From the NCBI GenBank assembly GCA_038217285.1, contig JBBQPO010000028.1:1-32658 (forward strand): a stretch of 32,658 bases of DNA, written 5' to 3'. The notes under the pieces were generated by a model. The model worked only from the letters and a program-made list of their open reading frames with translations, made no database searches and was not told the DNA's origin. The DNA is from Chthonomonadales bacterium. Its GTDB lineage: Bacteria; Armatimonadota; Chthonomonadetes; Chthonomonadales; Chthonomonadaceae. Position numbers and translations under genes: made by a program. Below are positions 18,901 through 27,126 of this stretch, in pieces; the first letter of the stretch is position 1; every line of letters starts with the position of its first letter.

Positions 18901-19159
18901 AGCAGGCGCGACCCGTCTGCGGCCCATCCTGATGACGACTACGGCCACAATTGTCGGCATGCTGCCGGTCGCGCTCCGCATCGGTCGTGCCTCGGAGATC
19001 CGCGCTCCGATGGCGATCGTGGTGATCGGCGGCCTGCTTGTCTCGACGGCGCTGACCCTGATCGTCATTCCGGTCCTCTACACGCTCCTCGACGATGCCC
19101 AGAACCGCTGGAAGTCCCGTCGCGCGTCCCAAAACCCGACAAAAACAGACTCGGACTGA
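15950..19159 (+). CDS. RND efflux permease, AcrB/AcrD/AcrF family
   Basis: 1069 aa; AISRPV, YPGAEP.EIE, GILVDDSIVVLE, TRLRPILMTT, PMAIVVIGGL; RND two-repeat topology. Confidence 0.96.
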   Translation: MWFTRLAISRPVLIWMALAAIAVLGLRAYTRLPAELNPKVDIPTLTVTTIYPGAEPPEIETQLSKPLEDAVGTVPGVRNVYSSSQSGVSIISMDFRVGTDLDVAAAEVRGRVEAVRAQLPPEARPPVVAKLDINALPILYLGLECPSLTLQQLRALADNTLRPRLERVSGVATVRVIGGEQREIHVAIDAHRLAPLGLTIADVVNSIKAGGHDVPGGDITQARNQTGVRLAAAFGSLDSIANTPLIASQLAAHAAGTRPGSDLPAPPLTVADVADLSDGNAERSEINRIDGHPGISLVLTKASDANTVAVVEEANQALEQLQPSLPADLRRIVLRDDSVTVRDALQDVNGSLLLGAVLAMVVILFFLHNLRGTLIVSLAIPACIVATFLVMSVAGFTLNQMTLLALSLSVGILVDDSIVVLESITRHLKNGETPREAAFNGRTEIGFADLTTTLVDVVVFVPIAFMGGIVGGFFKQFGLVIVTATLFSLVVSFSLTPMLASRWYRAGEDTEAKHGFFAPFERFYQWLEANYRHVITWALRHRGTVVLAGVAGLALIFVVSFARLGFEFLPGTDQGQITVALEMPPGTSLTATDAVAREMEQLVLKTPEVQAVVTNVGQILGGFGSIPQQGAQLAQCNVRLNEKRALLDPILHPGGLPNTRLHTDIEIGNVLRRTLLPLASRSGGRIIVNPVRTVEGISAPIEINLRGADIDRLTQFAAQVQQRLDTVPGVIDPTVSAQSGKPEVSVTVDPRRAAQFGIPTGQAGEILRDSLAGNSDAVFRQNGQEFPIRIRLQGVQRDAPGDVQNIVVGADAQGQPVTLADIADIRLHTGPASIERENGQRLVSVKANLSPEVPLGNAQQTINVLLKGMPHADIDVKWGGEAETMNENAPLMAESLILAVVLVYIVMASLFNSLGTPFVIMFTLPMALVGALGALVLLGETMSLVAAIGIVMLVGLMGRNAILLLDYTNTLRARGATRNAALLEAGATRLRPILMTTTATIVGMLPVALRIGRASEIRAPMAIVVIGGLLVSTALTLIVIPVLYTLLDDAQNRWKSRRASQNPTKTDSD

Positions 19160-19230
19160 ATCGCAGCGTCATTTCCTTGCGAAAACGCAAAACAGGCTGT
19201 TCGGCCTACGGGTTTCCGGGTGATTGGCAG

Positions 19231-19236
19231 TATAAT
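19231..19236 (+). promoter_or_regulatory. -10 element candidate for the MFS/cdsA unit
   Basis: Perfect TATAAT in a GC-rich intergenic region; no clear -35. Confidence 0.45.
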
Positions 19237-19244
19237 AAGCCATA

Positions 19245-19374
19245 ACAGCAAGGGAGCGAAGAGGACGGTGTCAGAGCTTTCCGGAAGTGAAATCGGCCTC
19301 GATCCTGATGTCACTCCGTCCAGAGGACGGCCCGCCGAAGGCGCGTAGCGAGGGACAACGTCCCTTGATTCTGT
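19245..19374 (+). ncRNA. Candidate structured cis-regulatory leader RNA (family unassigned)
   Basis: Begins just after TATAAT; closing stem ACAG-CAAGGGA / TCCCTTG-att-CTGT; internal stems with alternative pairings. Confidence 0.35.
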
Positions 19375-19411
19375 AGTGAAAGTTGCCGTTGGCTAAGGAA
19401 ACCTGCGTTTT

Positions 19412-20737
19412 ATGAACCCTATCCCCCTGGAATCGGATCAGAAAGAGGTCGTGAGCGTACCTTATGCCGGGTCGCCGTCCACGCCCGCACCGGAGACCGA
19501 GACACCGCTTTCGACAGGGAAGATGCTGGCCTACAGCCTCGCCAATTTCGGATATGGCGCGTTCTATGCTCTCAATAACGCCGTGATCCCGCTCTATATC
19601 AAGCACTTTACCAACGACGCTCGCCTGCAGGGTCTCATGGGCAGCACACACTCCTTCGAAGGCGCGGTGATTCAGCCTATCGTCGGTTCGGCCAGCGATC
19701 GATTGCGAACTCCGCTCGGGCGCCGTCGTCCTTTCATACTGGTTTTCGCGCCGCTCTCCGCTCTGCTGATTCTGCTCACTCCGGCGGCAGGGCGTCTGGT
19801 TCCACACGCTGCTCTGCCTTTTATCGTGGGCGCGATTTTCCTGTTTACGGTCAGCTTCAACATCGCAGAAGATCCCTACAAGGCCCTTATGCCGGACATC
19901 ACGCCGGAAAAGCAGCGCGGCAAGGTCAGCGCTGTCTCCCAGTTTGTCCTGGTTATCGGTCAGGCGGGACTGTTGCTGTTGCCTCTCAAGATCGAGTTCA
20001 AGTTCACACTGACCGCCATTCTGATGCTCGTCACCACGCTGTTGACCGTCTGGCTGGTGAAGGAGCCCGCGCACCCGCCGACGTCCGAACGTCACACGCC
20101 CCATCTGGTCGCCTTACGGCAGGCATTGGTGGGCCTGCGCACACTGCGGCAGGCAGGCTGGACGCTGGCAGGACTTTTCTTCGCCGGGTTAGGGATCGGC
20201 GCGATTTTACCGTTCCTGACCACCTTCGTAAAAACCATTACGAAATGCACGGACCAGCAGGCGGAGATGATGTTTCTGGTGCTGATGATCAGCACTGCCG
20301 TGACGATACTGCCGTTCGGCTGGCTGACAGACCGCCTGGGACCCAAACGTGTGCTGATGATCGGTATGGCCTTCATTCTGGTGGCGGCTCTGAATGGACT
20401 CTGGGTGGCAACGCTGCCTCAGATCATGGTGGTGCTCTGTCTGGCAGGAATCGGAAATGCGGCGCAGACCGCCTCGGCCTATCCACTCCTGACGAAGGTG
20501 GTGCCGCGTGAAGAGATCGGTTTCTATACCGGGCTGCAGTCCACCGCACTATCCATCGCCACCCCTCTGACGGCGATAATAACGGGAGAACTCGTGAATA
20601 AGGGCGGCTATCGCCTGATCTTCGCCGTCTGCGGGGTGGGGCTGCTGGTCACGCTGTTCTTTCTGACGCGGGTGCATATGGCCACCGCCATCGATGAGAT
20701 CGCGGCGCGCAACCGCGAACAGGGACGGACGGCGTGA
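19412..20737 (+). CDS. MFS transporter (GPH/SLC45, sucrose/maltose transporter-like)
   Basis: QPIVGSASDRLRTPLGRRRPFI, PYKALMPDITP..QRGK, GWLTDRLGPK; about 12 TM segments. Confidence 0.92.
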   Translation: MNPIPLESDQKEVVSVPYAGSPSTPAPETETPLSTGKMLAYSLANFGYGAFYALNNAVIPLYIKHFTNDARLQGLMGSTHSFEGAVIQPIVGSASDRLRTPLGRRRPFILVFAPLSALLILLTPAAGRLVPHAALPFIVGAIFLFTVSFNIAEDPYKALMPDITPEKQRGKVSAVSQFVLVIGQAGLLLLPLKIEFKFTLTAILMLVTTLLTVWLVKEPAHPPTSERHTPHLVALRQALVGLRTLRQAGWTLAGLFFAGLGIGAILPFLTTFVKTITKCTDQQAEMMFLVLMISTAVTILPFGWLTDRLGPKRVLMIGMAFILVAALNGLWVATLPQIMVVLCLAGIGNAAQTASAYPLLTKVVPREEIGFYTGLQSTALSIATPLTAIITGELVNKGGYRLIFAVCGVGLLVTLFFLTRVHMATAIDEIAARNREQGRTA

Positions 20738-20747
20738 GGAGGCTGCC

Positions 20748-21644
20748 ATGCTCACGCGACTGATCAGCGGCCTGATCGGAATAGGGGTGTTTCTGGGCTG
20801 CTGCTTCGGAGGGCTTCTGCCGTTCACCGTGGCCGTGCTGATCGTCACCGCGCTGGGCATTTCCGAGTTTGTGGGCGCGTATGAGCATGCGCCCGTCGCG
20901 GAACCTTTGCCGGGACGAATGGAGTGGGTACGCGAGCGCTTCCGCCGCTGGAACCCGATCCTGGCCTGGGCCGGTCTGGCCATGCCCCTCCTCGCCTATC
21001 TGTTCAGCACCCGTTCCTCCCCGCTCCTGGATTCCTACGCGCTTACGCTCGGAGCCGTGGTGCTGTTGTTTACGGCGCTGGTGGTACGGGCGCTTCGCAC
21101 CGGCAGCGCGCTCGGCAAATGGCAGGTGGCTTACGGCCTCGTCGGCTTTCTCTATATCGGCGGGCTGTTGGAGATCTTCGTGCTGCTGCGCGCCGTTCCG
21201 GGCGTTATTGTGGTGGCAGGTATCGGGGGGGAGGGGGAGCGAGGCGCGTGGCTAATGCTGTTTGTGGCTGTGTGCGTCTGGGCCACCGACACGTTCGCCT
21301 ATTTTGTAGGCCGCTGGTGCGGGCGTCACAAGCTCGCGCCGCAGCTCTCACCGGGGAAGACGGTGGAGGGCTCCATCGGGGGGTTGGTCGGGGCGATTCT
21401 GGTCGGGGCCGCGTTCGGCCACTGGATTCATCTGCCTCTGGTTCACGGTATCGCGGTCGGGGCGCTGGCAGGCGTGATGGGGCAGCTTGGGGATCTGTTC
21501 GAGTCGGCTCTGAAGCGCGAACTGGGCATCAAGGATTTCGGGCGCTTCCTGCCCGGTCATGGCGGCGCGCTCGACCGTTTCGACAGTCTGCTCTTCGTCG
21601 CGCCGCTCGCCTATCTCTACCTGCACTTCGTGGCCGGCATCTAA
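20748..21644 (+). CDS. cdsA: Phosphatidate cytidylyltransferase
   Basis: VWATDTFAYFVG, KLAPQLSPGKTVEG, GDLFESALKR..IKDFG..LPGHGGALDRFDS; GAGGAGG RBS before ATG 20748. Confidence 0.95.
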   Translation: MLTRLISGLIGIGVFLGCCFGGLLPFTVAVLIVTALGISEFVGAYEHAPVAEPLPGRMEWVRERFRRWNPILAWAGLAMPLLAYLFSTRSSPLLDSYALTLGAVVLLFTALVVRALRTGSALGKWQVAYGLVGFLYIGGLLEIFVLLRAVPGVIVVAGIGGEGERGAWLMLFVAVCVWATDTFAYFVGRWCGRHKLAPQLSPGKTVEGSIGGLVGAILVGAAFGHWIHLPLVHGIAVGALAGVMGQLGDLFESALKRELGIKDFGRFLPGHGGALDRFDSLLFVAPLAYLYLHFVAGI

Positions 21645-22162
21645 TCGGGAAGCGCCTCCAGATTGGCGACGATCCGTTCCAGAACGCGATGCATGGCGGC
21701 GAGGTCGGCATCCGGGATGTTGCCGAGCGCGACCTCCTGAAGATCGAGCAGGAGGGCGCGCAGACGGGGTTCGAGATCCCGCCCACCTGGGGTCAGATGC
21801 AGCCGAATCACCCGCCGGTCTTCCGGGGCGCGCACACGGCCGATCAGCTTGCGGCGCTCCAGCTCGTCCACGAGGGGCGTCATGGTCGAGCTCTCCAGAC
21901 CGCAGCGCTTGCCGAGTTCGGACATCGTGAGCCCGTCCTCGTCCCCCAGATGCAGAATCAGCGGCGCCGCGCCGGGGAAAACATCCATGTTCTCCTGGCG
22001 CATACGGTGCAGAGCGTGCTGTCGGAACACCTGCTCCACAGCCTTGAACGACCGATGCAGAGGCGCGTTCCGCAGCGCCGAATTCGGCATACTGGGCTCA
22101 CTTTTGCCGTAGCCTCTCGGTACCGCCGGCGATGTCTCTTCCGGTGTGTCTAGATCGTCCAT
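21641..22162 (-). CDS. MarR-family transcriptional regulator
   Basis: GLTMSELGKRCGLESSTMTPLVDELERRKLIGR...EDRRVIRLHLTPGG winged HTH. Start is 22162 or 22090, not 22444. Confidence 0.9.
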   Translation of the reverse strand: MDDLDTPEETSPAVPRGYGKSEPSMPNSALRNAPLHRSFKAVEQVFRQHALHRMRQENMDVFPGAAPLILHLGDEDGLTMSELGKRCGLESSTMTPLVDELERRKLIGRVRAPEDRRVIRLHLTPGGRDLEPRLRALLLDLQEVALGNIPDADLAAMHRVLERIVANLEALPD

Positions 22163-22407
22163 GAATGTTCGGTTCCGACCTCCGTCACCGCAATCCCCAG
22201 CCCGCGCAGATACTCCATTCCGGCCTCCAGATCGGGCCGCATCCCTTCCATTTCCAGCACCATCATCCCACCGGTATGGGAGTCGATATTGGCGCGGCGG
22301 ATATTGGGGATCAGGCGGAACTCCGTGACCAGATGGTAGATGATCGGCTCTTTGACCTGTTCCAGCGGATAGTCCAGTTGAATACGCAGATGCTCCGTTT
22401 CGGGCAT
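22150..22407 (-). CDS. Stand-alone NIL-domain protein
   Basis: YPLEQVKEPIIYHLVTEFRLIPNIRRANID...GMMVLEMEG...YLRGLGIAV matches the NIL ferredoxin-like fold; AGGAGAG RBS. Confidence 0.85.
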   Translation of the reverse strand: MPETEHLRIQLDYPLEQVKEPIIYHLVTEFRLIPNIRRANIDSHTGGMMVLEMEGMRPDLEAGMEYLRGLGIAVTEVGTEHSWTI

Positions 22408-22419
22408 TGTTTTCTCTCC

Positions 22420-24636
22420 TTATGAGCTTTCGATATGATGCCATACGCGCAGGATTTCGCCCACGCTCCAGGCCTGCGCGATACAGCCGTTGGGCCGCTG
22501 CGGACTGTCGCCATCGTAGATCTCCGCCAGCGATCCGACGCCATAGTCACACATCTGTCCTGCCAGCGGACGCAGGAGAGCCAGGGCAGCCTCACGGTCG
22601 GCAAAGTGCCGGAAGTGGGCTTCGGCGAACGGGCCGAGCAGCCAGGGCCAGGCGGTTCCCTCATGGTAGGCTCCGTCCCGGTGCCAGGAGTCGCCTTCGT
22701 AGCGTGGACGGTAGGCGGGATCCTGCGGAGAGAGGGTGCGCAGACCGAACGGCGTCACGAGTTCCGCCTGCACGACCTCCAGCACGGCGGCGGCCTGACC
22801 GCTTCCAGGAGCTATCGGCGCAAAGGGCAGACTGAGCGCGAAGATCTGGTTGGGTCGAATGGAGGCGTCCGGCATACAGTGGTTCGGGGTGTCCAGCACA
22901 TCGTAGAGGCCGCGCCCGTCGGAACGGGAGAAGCGCGCGACAAAGTTGGCTGTCGCCTCCGTCGCGAGGGTCGCGTAACGGCTCTGTGCGTCCGAACTGC
23001 CGAGCAGACCGGCGAAGTGGGCCATCGTGTGCAGCGTATTGATCCAGAGCGCGTTGATCTCGACCGGCTTGCCGATGCGGGGCGTCACGACCCAGTTGCC
23101 CACACGGGCGTCCATCCAGGTCAACTGCACACCTTCTTGCCCCGCATAGAGCAGGCTATCGTTCGGATCGACATGGATCTGATAGCGCGTTCCGCGCTGA
23201 TGCCACTGCACGATCTCCTCCAGCACCGTCCAGAGGCTGTCGCGGAGCAGGTCAATATCCCCGGTCGTCTGCACATAATGGTAGATCGCGACGACGTACC
23301 AGAGGGTGGCATCGACGGTGTTGTACTCCGGGGTTTCGCCTACATCCGGGAACCGGTTCGGCAGCATCCCCTGATCGACGAAAGCGGCGAAAGAGCGTAG
23401 GATCTCGCGCGCCAGCCTCGTCTGGCCAGTGACAAGACAGAGGCCCGGCAGGGCGATCATCGTGTCGCGTCCCCAGTCACAGAACCAGGGATAGCCCGCG
23501 ATGATCGTGCTGCGTCCGCCCGGAACCTGCACTGAAAACGCGTCGGCGGCCAGCGCAAGACGCGCCCGAAAGGGATCGGGAGAGGCTGAAAGACCGGGCG
23601 CAGAGCCGGCGGAGGCGGCGATCTCCTCCGGCTTACTCTGCGTCGCTATGAGTCCGAGTTGGCGTGCGACGAGAGCGTTCCAGGTCTCTTGCGGCGAACC
23701 CGGCGGCGTCTCGACCGGCTCCAGCGTCTCCAGAGTCGCATCGTTGCCGCCGACTTTGTCAGCGACAATAGGCTCCTTAAGCTCATGGGCCGAGGCGACG
23801 ACGACCAGCGTCTCGCCGACATTCAGGATCGCTCCGATCATGCCGAGGGCGTAGAGGTCTTCCTCGTAGTTCTGCCCGCGCTCCGCTTCCCGGGGGTGGT
23901 GCAGCTTGTAGTACCAGTAGGCTTGCCGGTCGAACGTGGCTCCGGAGAAAGGCGTCCCGTCCTCGTGCACGATGTCGAGATCCAGGCGGGTCGAATGCTG
24001 GGTCACCTGCTGAATATCCGGTAAGGTGATGCGCAGCAGGCCGAGCGGAGCGTTCACTTCTCCGGTCGTCTGAGGCGGGTCCGGGAACCAGAAAAAATCG
24101 GGCACACGCTCATTGGCCTGCATCTCGCTATGATAGTCCTTCCAGGCGAGCAGAGGTACGAGGTGCAGGTGGGCGGTATGACCTTCCGGCGCTTCCAGGA
24201 GACGGTAGGAGATGTAGGTGATGTTGCGGCCCTGCGCCATCCAGACCCGCTTCTCCAGGCGCACCTCTGGCTGCGGTGACCAGACCCAGGTGGGAGCCGG
24301 ATAGGCCGTCCATTCGGTAAGATGTTGATAGCCCTGCGGGTAGGTGACGCCTGCATAGAGGTTCGTGGAGAGGCCGAAGGTGGGAGAGTTGCTCCCGTCT
24401 GGCGCGAGGATCTCCAGCGTCTCTTCGAGTTTCGAGAGCAGCACCGCGCGTCCGACCGGTGGGTTCAGAGCGGCGACCAGAAGCCCATGATAACGCCGGG
24501 TGTTCGCTCCGGCGAGGCTGCTCGAGGCGTAGCCACCGAGCCCGTTCGTCGTAAGCCACTCGCAGCGTGAGGCGGCGGTCAGGTCCGTCAGCACGTCCGC
24601 ATCCAGGCGGAGATTGACAGCATCGGGGAGAGACAT
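22420..24636 (-). CDS. Glycogen debranching enzyme, archaeal type (amylo-alpha-1,6-glucosidase, GDE_N + GDE_C)
   Basis: EWLTTNGLGGYAS, TRRYHGLL, IIAGYPWFCDWGRDTMIALPG, YNTVDATLW, LTWMDA, IRPNQ, YHEGTAWPW, GCIAQAWS. Confidence 0.95.
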   Translation of the reverse strand: MSLPDAVNLRLDADVLTDLTAASRCEWLTTNGLGGYASSSLAGANTRRYHGLLVAALNPPVGRAVLLSKLEETLEILAPDGSNSPTFGLSTNLYAGVTYPQGYQHLTEWTAYPAPTWVWSPQPEVRLEKRVWMAQGRNITYISYRLLEAPEGHTAHLHLVPLLAWKDYHSEMQANERVPDFFWFPDPPQTTGEVNAPLGLLRITLPDIQQVTQHSTRLDLDIVHEDGTPFSGATFDRQAYWYYKLHHPREAERGQNYEEDLYALGMIGAILNVGETLVVVASAHELKEPIVADKVGGNDATLETLEPVETPPGSPQETWNALVARQLGLIATQSKPEEIAASAGSAPGLSASPDPFRARLALAADAFSVQVPGGRSTIIAGYPWFCDWGRDTMIALPGLCLVTGQTRLAREILRSFAAFVDQGMLPNRFPDVGETPEYNTVDATLWYVVAIYHYVQTTGDIDLLRDSLWTVLEEIVQWHQRGTRYQIHVDPNDSLLYAGQEGVQLTWMDARVGNWVVTPRIGKPVEINALWINTLHTMAHFAGLLGSSDAQSRYATLATEATANFVARFSRSDGRGLYDVLDTPNHCMPDASIRPNQIFALSLPFAPIAPGSGQAAAVLEVVQAELVTPFGLRTLSPQDPAYRPRYEGDSWHRDGAYHEGTAWPWLLGPFAEAHFRHFADREAALALLRPLAGQMCDYGVGSLAEIYDGDSPQRPNGCIAQAWSVGEILRVWHHIESS

Positions 24637-24680
24637 GATGTTCAGAAGACCTCGCCGGATTCTAACCGTAAAAGGAATGG

Positions 24681-24717
24681 TCTGTCAGACGGATACAGAT
24701 CGCACCCGTCTGACAGA
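24681..24717 (-). terminator. Hairpin downstream of the cytochrome c gene, probable terminator
   Basis: 12-bp perfect inverted repeat TCTGTCAGACGG (24681-24692) / CCGTCTGACAGA (24706-24717); the U-tract is weak and offset. Confidence 0.5.
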
Positions 24718-24725
24718 GAGATTGG

Positions 24726-25148
24726 CTATTTTTCGGTCTTTGCAGGAGCCTTCTTCAGGCTGACGAGATAGGCCACCAGATTGCTCAGATCCTTGCCTTT
24801 GAGCGTGTCGTAGGCGGGCATGGCGGAGTCAGCTTTATGGGCCTTCGGGTTGACGACCTGAACTTCCATCCATTTGGCTGTATGGCTGGCCTCTGCGCCT
24901 ATGCTGGTGAGGTCGGGACCAGTGGCCCCACCCTTGCCATTGATCATGTGGCATCCGCCGCAGCCGGTCGCCTCGTAGACCTTCGCCCCGGCGGCCAGCA
25001 TGGCCGCTGTGGGTTTGGTGGCCTTGGTCGTTTTGACGGGCGGCTTCTTGTGCTTAGTGTGCTGCCCCGCCAGCGCAACGGTCAGCGGGCCGCCTAATGT
25101 GAGGCCGATCATGAGTAGTGCGACGGCCTTATTCGTTACTTGAGTCAC
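24726..25148 (-). CDS. Exported monoheme cytochrome c
   Basis: CGGCH haem motif, GPDLT, SAMP axial Met; signal peptide; AAGGAG RBS 7 nt before GTG at 25148. Confidence 0.9.
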   Translation of the reverse strand: MTQVTNKAVALLMIGLTLGGPLTVALAGQHTKHKKPPVKTTKATKPTAAMLAAGAKVYEATGCGGCHMINGKGGATGPDLTSIGAEASHTAKWMEVQVVNPKAHKADSAMPAYDTLKGKDLSNLVAYLVSLKKAPAKTEK

Positions 25149-25292
25149 TCGAGAACTCCTTTCCAGTCGATGAAGAGCGCGTAGAGAGATGGTACGCGCC
25201 CCTCCATTCGAGTCAGTCAACGTGAGAACGTTACACTTTCTTCTACGGAGAGGTTGTGTCTGCGTTTACTCCCTGGCTTCTACATTAGAGAA

Positions 25293-25317
25293 GAGAGACG
25301 GAATTTCCTGTCTCTCC
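25293..25317 (-). terminator. Hairpin after the ABC operon, possible terminator
   Basis: GAGAGAC-GGA-att-TCC-t-GTCTCTC imperfect stem ~50 nt after the stop at 25369. Confidence 0.4.
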
Positions 25318-25368
25318 CTCTCCGATTACGCCAATTTGCTACCGTCGTGACCGTTGCACGGTGGGCGC

Positions 25369-27123
25369 TCAGGCGAAGAGGGCTTCGAGAGCGTGGGTCT
25401 GCGCAGATTTGTACTGTTCGTTGTAGAGGTTCTGGTAGACGCCGGGGCGGGCCACGAGCTCCGCGTGGGTTCCGATATCCACGATGCGCCCGGCGTCCAG
25501 CACGACGATACGGTCGGCGTTCATGATCGTGGAAAGTCGGTGGGCGATGACGAAACTGGTGCGGCCGCGCATCAGTCGTTCCAGGGCGGCCTGCACGTTG
25601 GCCTCCGTCTTGCTGTCGAGGGCGGAGGTGGCATCGTCGAGGATCAGGATTTTAGGGTCGGTCAGGGCGGCGCGGGCGATGCTCATACGCTGCTTCTGCC
25701 CAACCGACAGTTTGATCCCGTCCTCGCCGATCTTCGTATCGTAGCCCTGCGGCAGGTTCAGGATAAAATCGTGCAGGTCGGCATATTTCGCCGCTTTCAG
25801 TATCTGAAGGTCGGTGGCATCGTGGAAGCCATAGCGGATGTTTTCGCGCAGCGTGACCGAGAAGAGCAGGCTCTCCTGACTGACGTAGCCCAGCGAACCG
25901 CGCAGCGTCGAGAGCCGTACCTGACGCAGATCGACGCCGTCCAGCAGAATGCACCCGTCGTTCACATCGTAGAACCGCGCTATCAGGTTGACCAGCGTGG
26001 TCTTGCCCGCGCCGGACGGCCCGACAATGGCGATCACTTCGCCCGGGGCCACCCGCAGCGAGATGTCGTGCAGCACCGGATGGTCCGAATCGTAGCCGAA
26101 CGTCACATTCTGAAGCTCGACTCCCCCATGCACCGGGCGCAGGGCGACGGCGTTCGGGGCGTCCGTGATCTCCGGGCGCGTGTCCAGAGTCTCGAACACA
26201 CGCTCCATCGCCGACCCGGTCCATTGCAGGGTGACGTTAAAATCGACGACACGAACGGCAGGATCGTAGAGAGAAGCAATGAGGCCGTTGAACGCCAGCA
26301 GTTCCCCGACCAGCAGGTGCCGGTGCAGGATCAAGACGCCCCCGTACCAGAGCACCATGCCGGTGCCGAAGGCGCGGATGAGTCCGGCGATCGAGGCCAG
26401 TTTGCGGTTCAGCTTCATCTGCTTCATACCGATCACGAAGTTGTCCTGCACAGTCTTAAGGAACTGTTGCGTCTCGTAATCCTCGCGTACAAAGGCCTTG
26501 ACCACCGAGATGCCTGTCAGCTTCTCCTGGAGGACGCCGAGCATGGCATCCCACTTCTCGCGCAGTTCCTCGCTCAACGGGCGGATGTGGCGAATGAACA
26601 GTTTGTAGTTCAGGACGTAGAACGGCACCACGCAGAGCGTCAGCAGCGCCAGGTGCCACTCCATCCGAAACAGGACGAACAGGACAGCGAAGACGCTGAA
26701 CACATCGGCCAGGAAGGTGACGAAGCCACCGGAAACCATCTGCTGAATGAAATCGATGTCGCCCATCAGACGCGCCATGATTTTGCCCGTCTGCCGGGTG
26801 TCGTAGTAGGCCAGGGAGAGCCGGTTCAGGTGGCGGTACGACTGGAAGCGCAGATCGAAGACGATGCGCTGTCCGAGCCAGCCGATCATGAAGTTCAGGG
26901 TAAAGGAGAGAATTCCGCGGAGCGCATAGAGCCCGACAATCGCCGCAAAGACCAGATTCAGGGCGGTATAGTTTTTATGCGGCAGGACATCGTCGATGAC
27001 ATACTGCACGATTTTGGGCATGGCGATGGGCGTCAGGGAGTTGAAAAGCAGCAGAAAGACCGCCAGCGCGACGCGCTTGCGGTAAGGTTTCAGATAGCCC
27101 AGCAGTCTCCTGAAATGTCCCAA
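25369..27123 (-). CDS. ABC exporter half-transporter (TMD+NBD, MsbA/MdlB-like) with a degenerate NBD
   Basis: TM domain; GPSGAGKT; signature LSVGQ; Walker B ILILDD; IAHRLST. Confidence 0.95.
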   Translation of the reverse strand: MGHFRRLLGYLKPYRKRVALAVFLLLFNSLTPIAMPKIVQYVIDDVLPHKNYTALNLVFAAIVGLYALRGILSFTLNFMIGWLGQRIVFDLRFQSYRHLNRLSLAYYDTRQTGKIMARLMGDIDFIQQMVSGGFVTFLADVFSVFAVLFVLFRMEWHLALLTLCVVPFYVLNYKLFIRHIRPLSEELREKWDAMLGVLQEKLTGISVVKAFVREDYETQQFLKTVQDNFVIGMKQMKLNRKLASIAGLIRAFGTGMVLWYGGVLILHRHLLVGELLAFNGLIASLYDPAVRVVDFNVTLQWTGSAMERVFETLDTRPEITDAPNAVALRPVHGGVELQNVTFGYDSDHPVLHDISLRVAPGEVIAIVGPSGAGKTTLVNLIARFYDVNDGCILLDGVDLRQVRLSTLRGSLGYVSQESLLFSVTLRENIRYGFHDATDLQILKAAKYADLHDFILNLPQGYDTKIGEDGIKLSVGQKQRMSIARAALTDPKILILDDATSALDSKTEANVQAALERLMRGRTSFVIAHRLSTIMNADRIVVLDAGRIVDIGTHAELVARPGVYQNLYNEQYKSAQTHALEALFA

Positions 27124-27126
27124 CGT

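Noticed and set aside
19285-19330. Hammerhead ribozyme (GAAA ... CTGATG)
   Set aside because: The core reads CTGATGT rather than CUGANGA, and the stems cannot be arranged around the core.
19316-19385. Canonical glycine riboswitch
   Set aside because: Only CGCCGAAGGCGC matches; GGAGA and CUCAGG are absent. Kept only as an unassigned leader.
20924-22153. 409-aa plus-strand ORF overlapping cdsA and MarR
   Set aside because: Alternate-frame/antisense, Arg-rich, no motifs; both overlapped genes are well supported.
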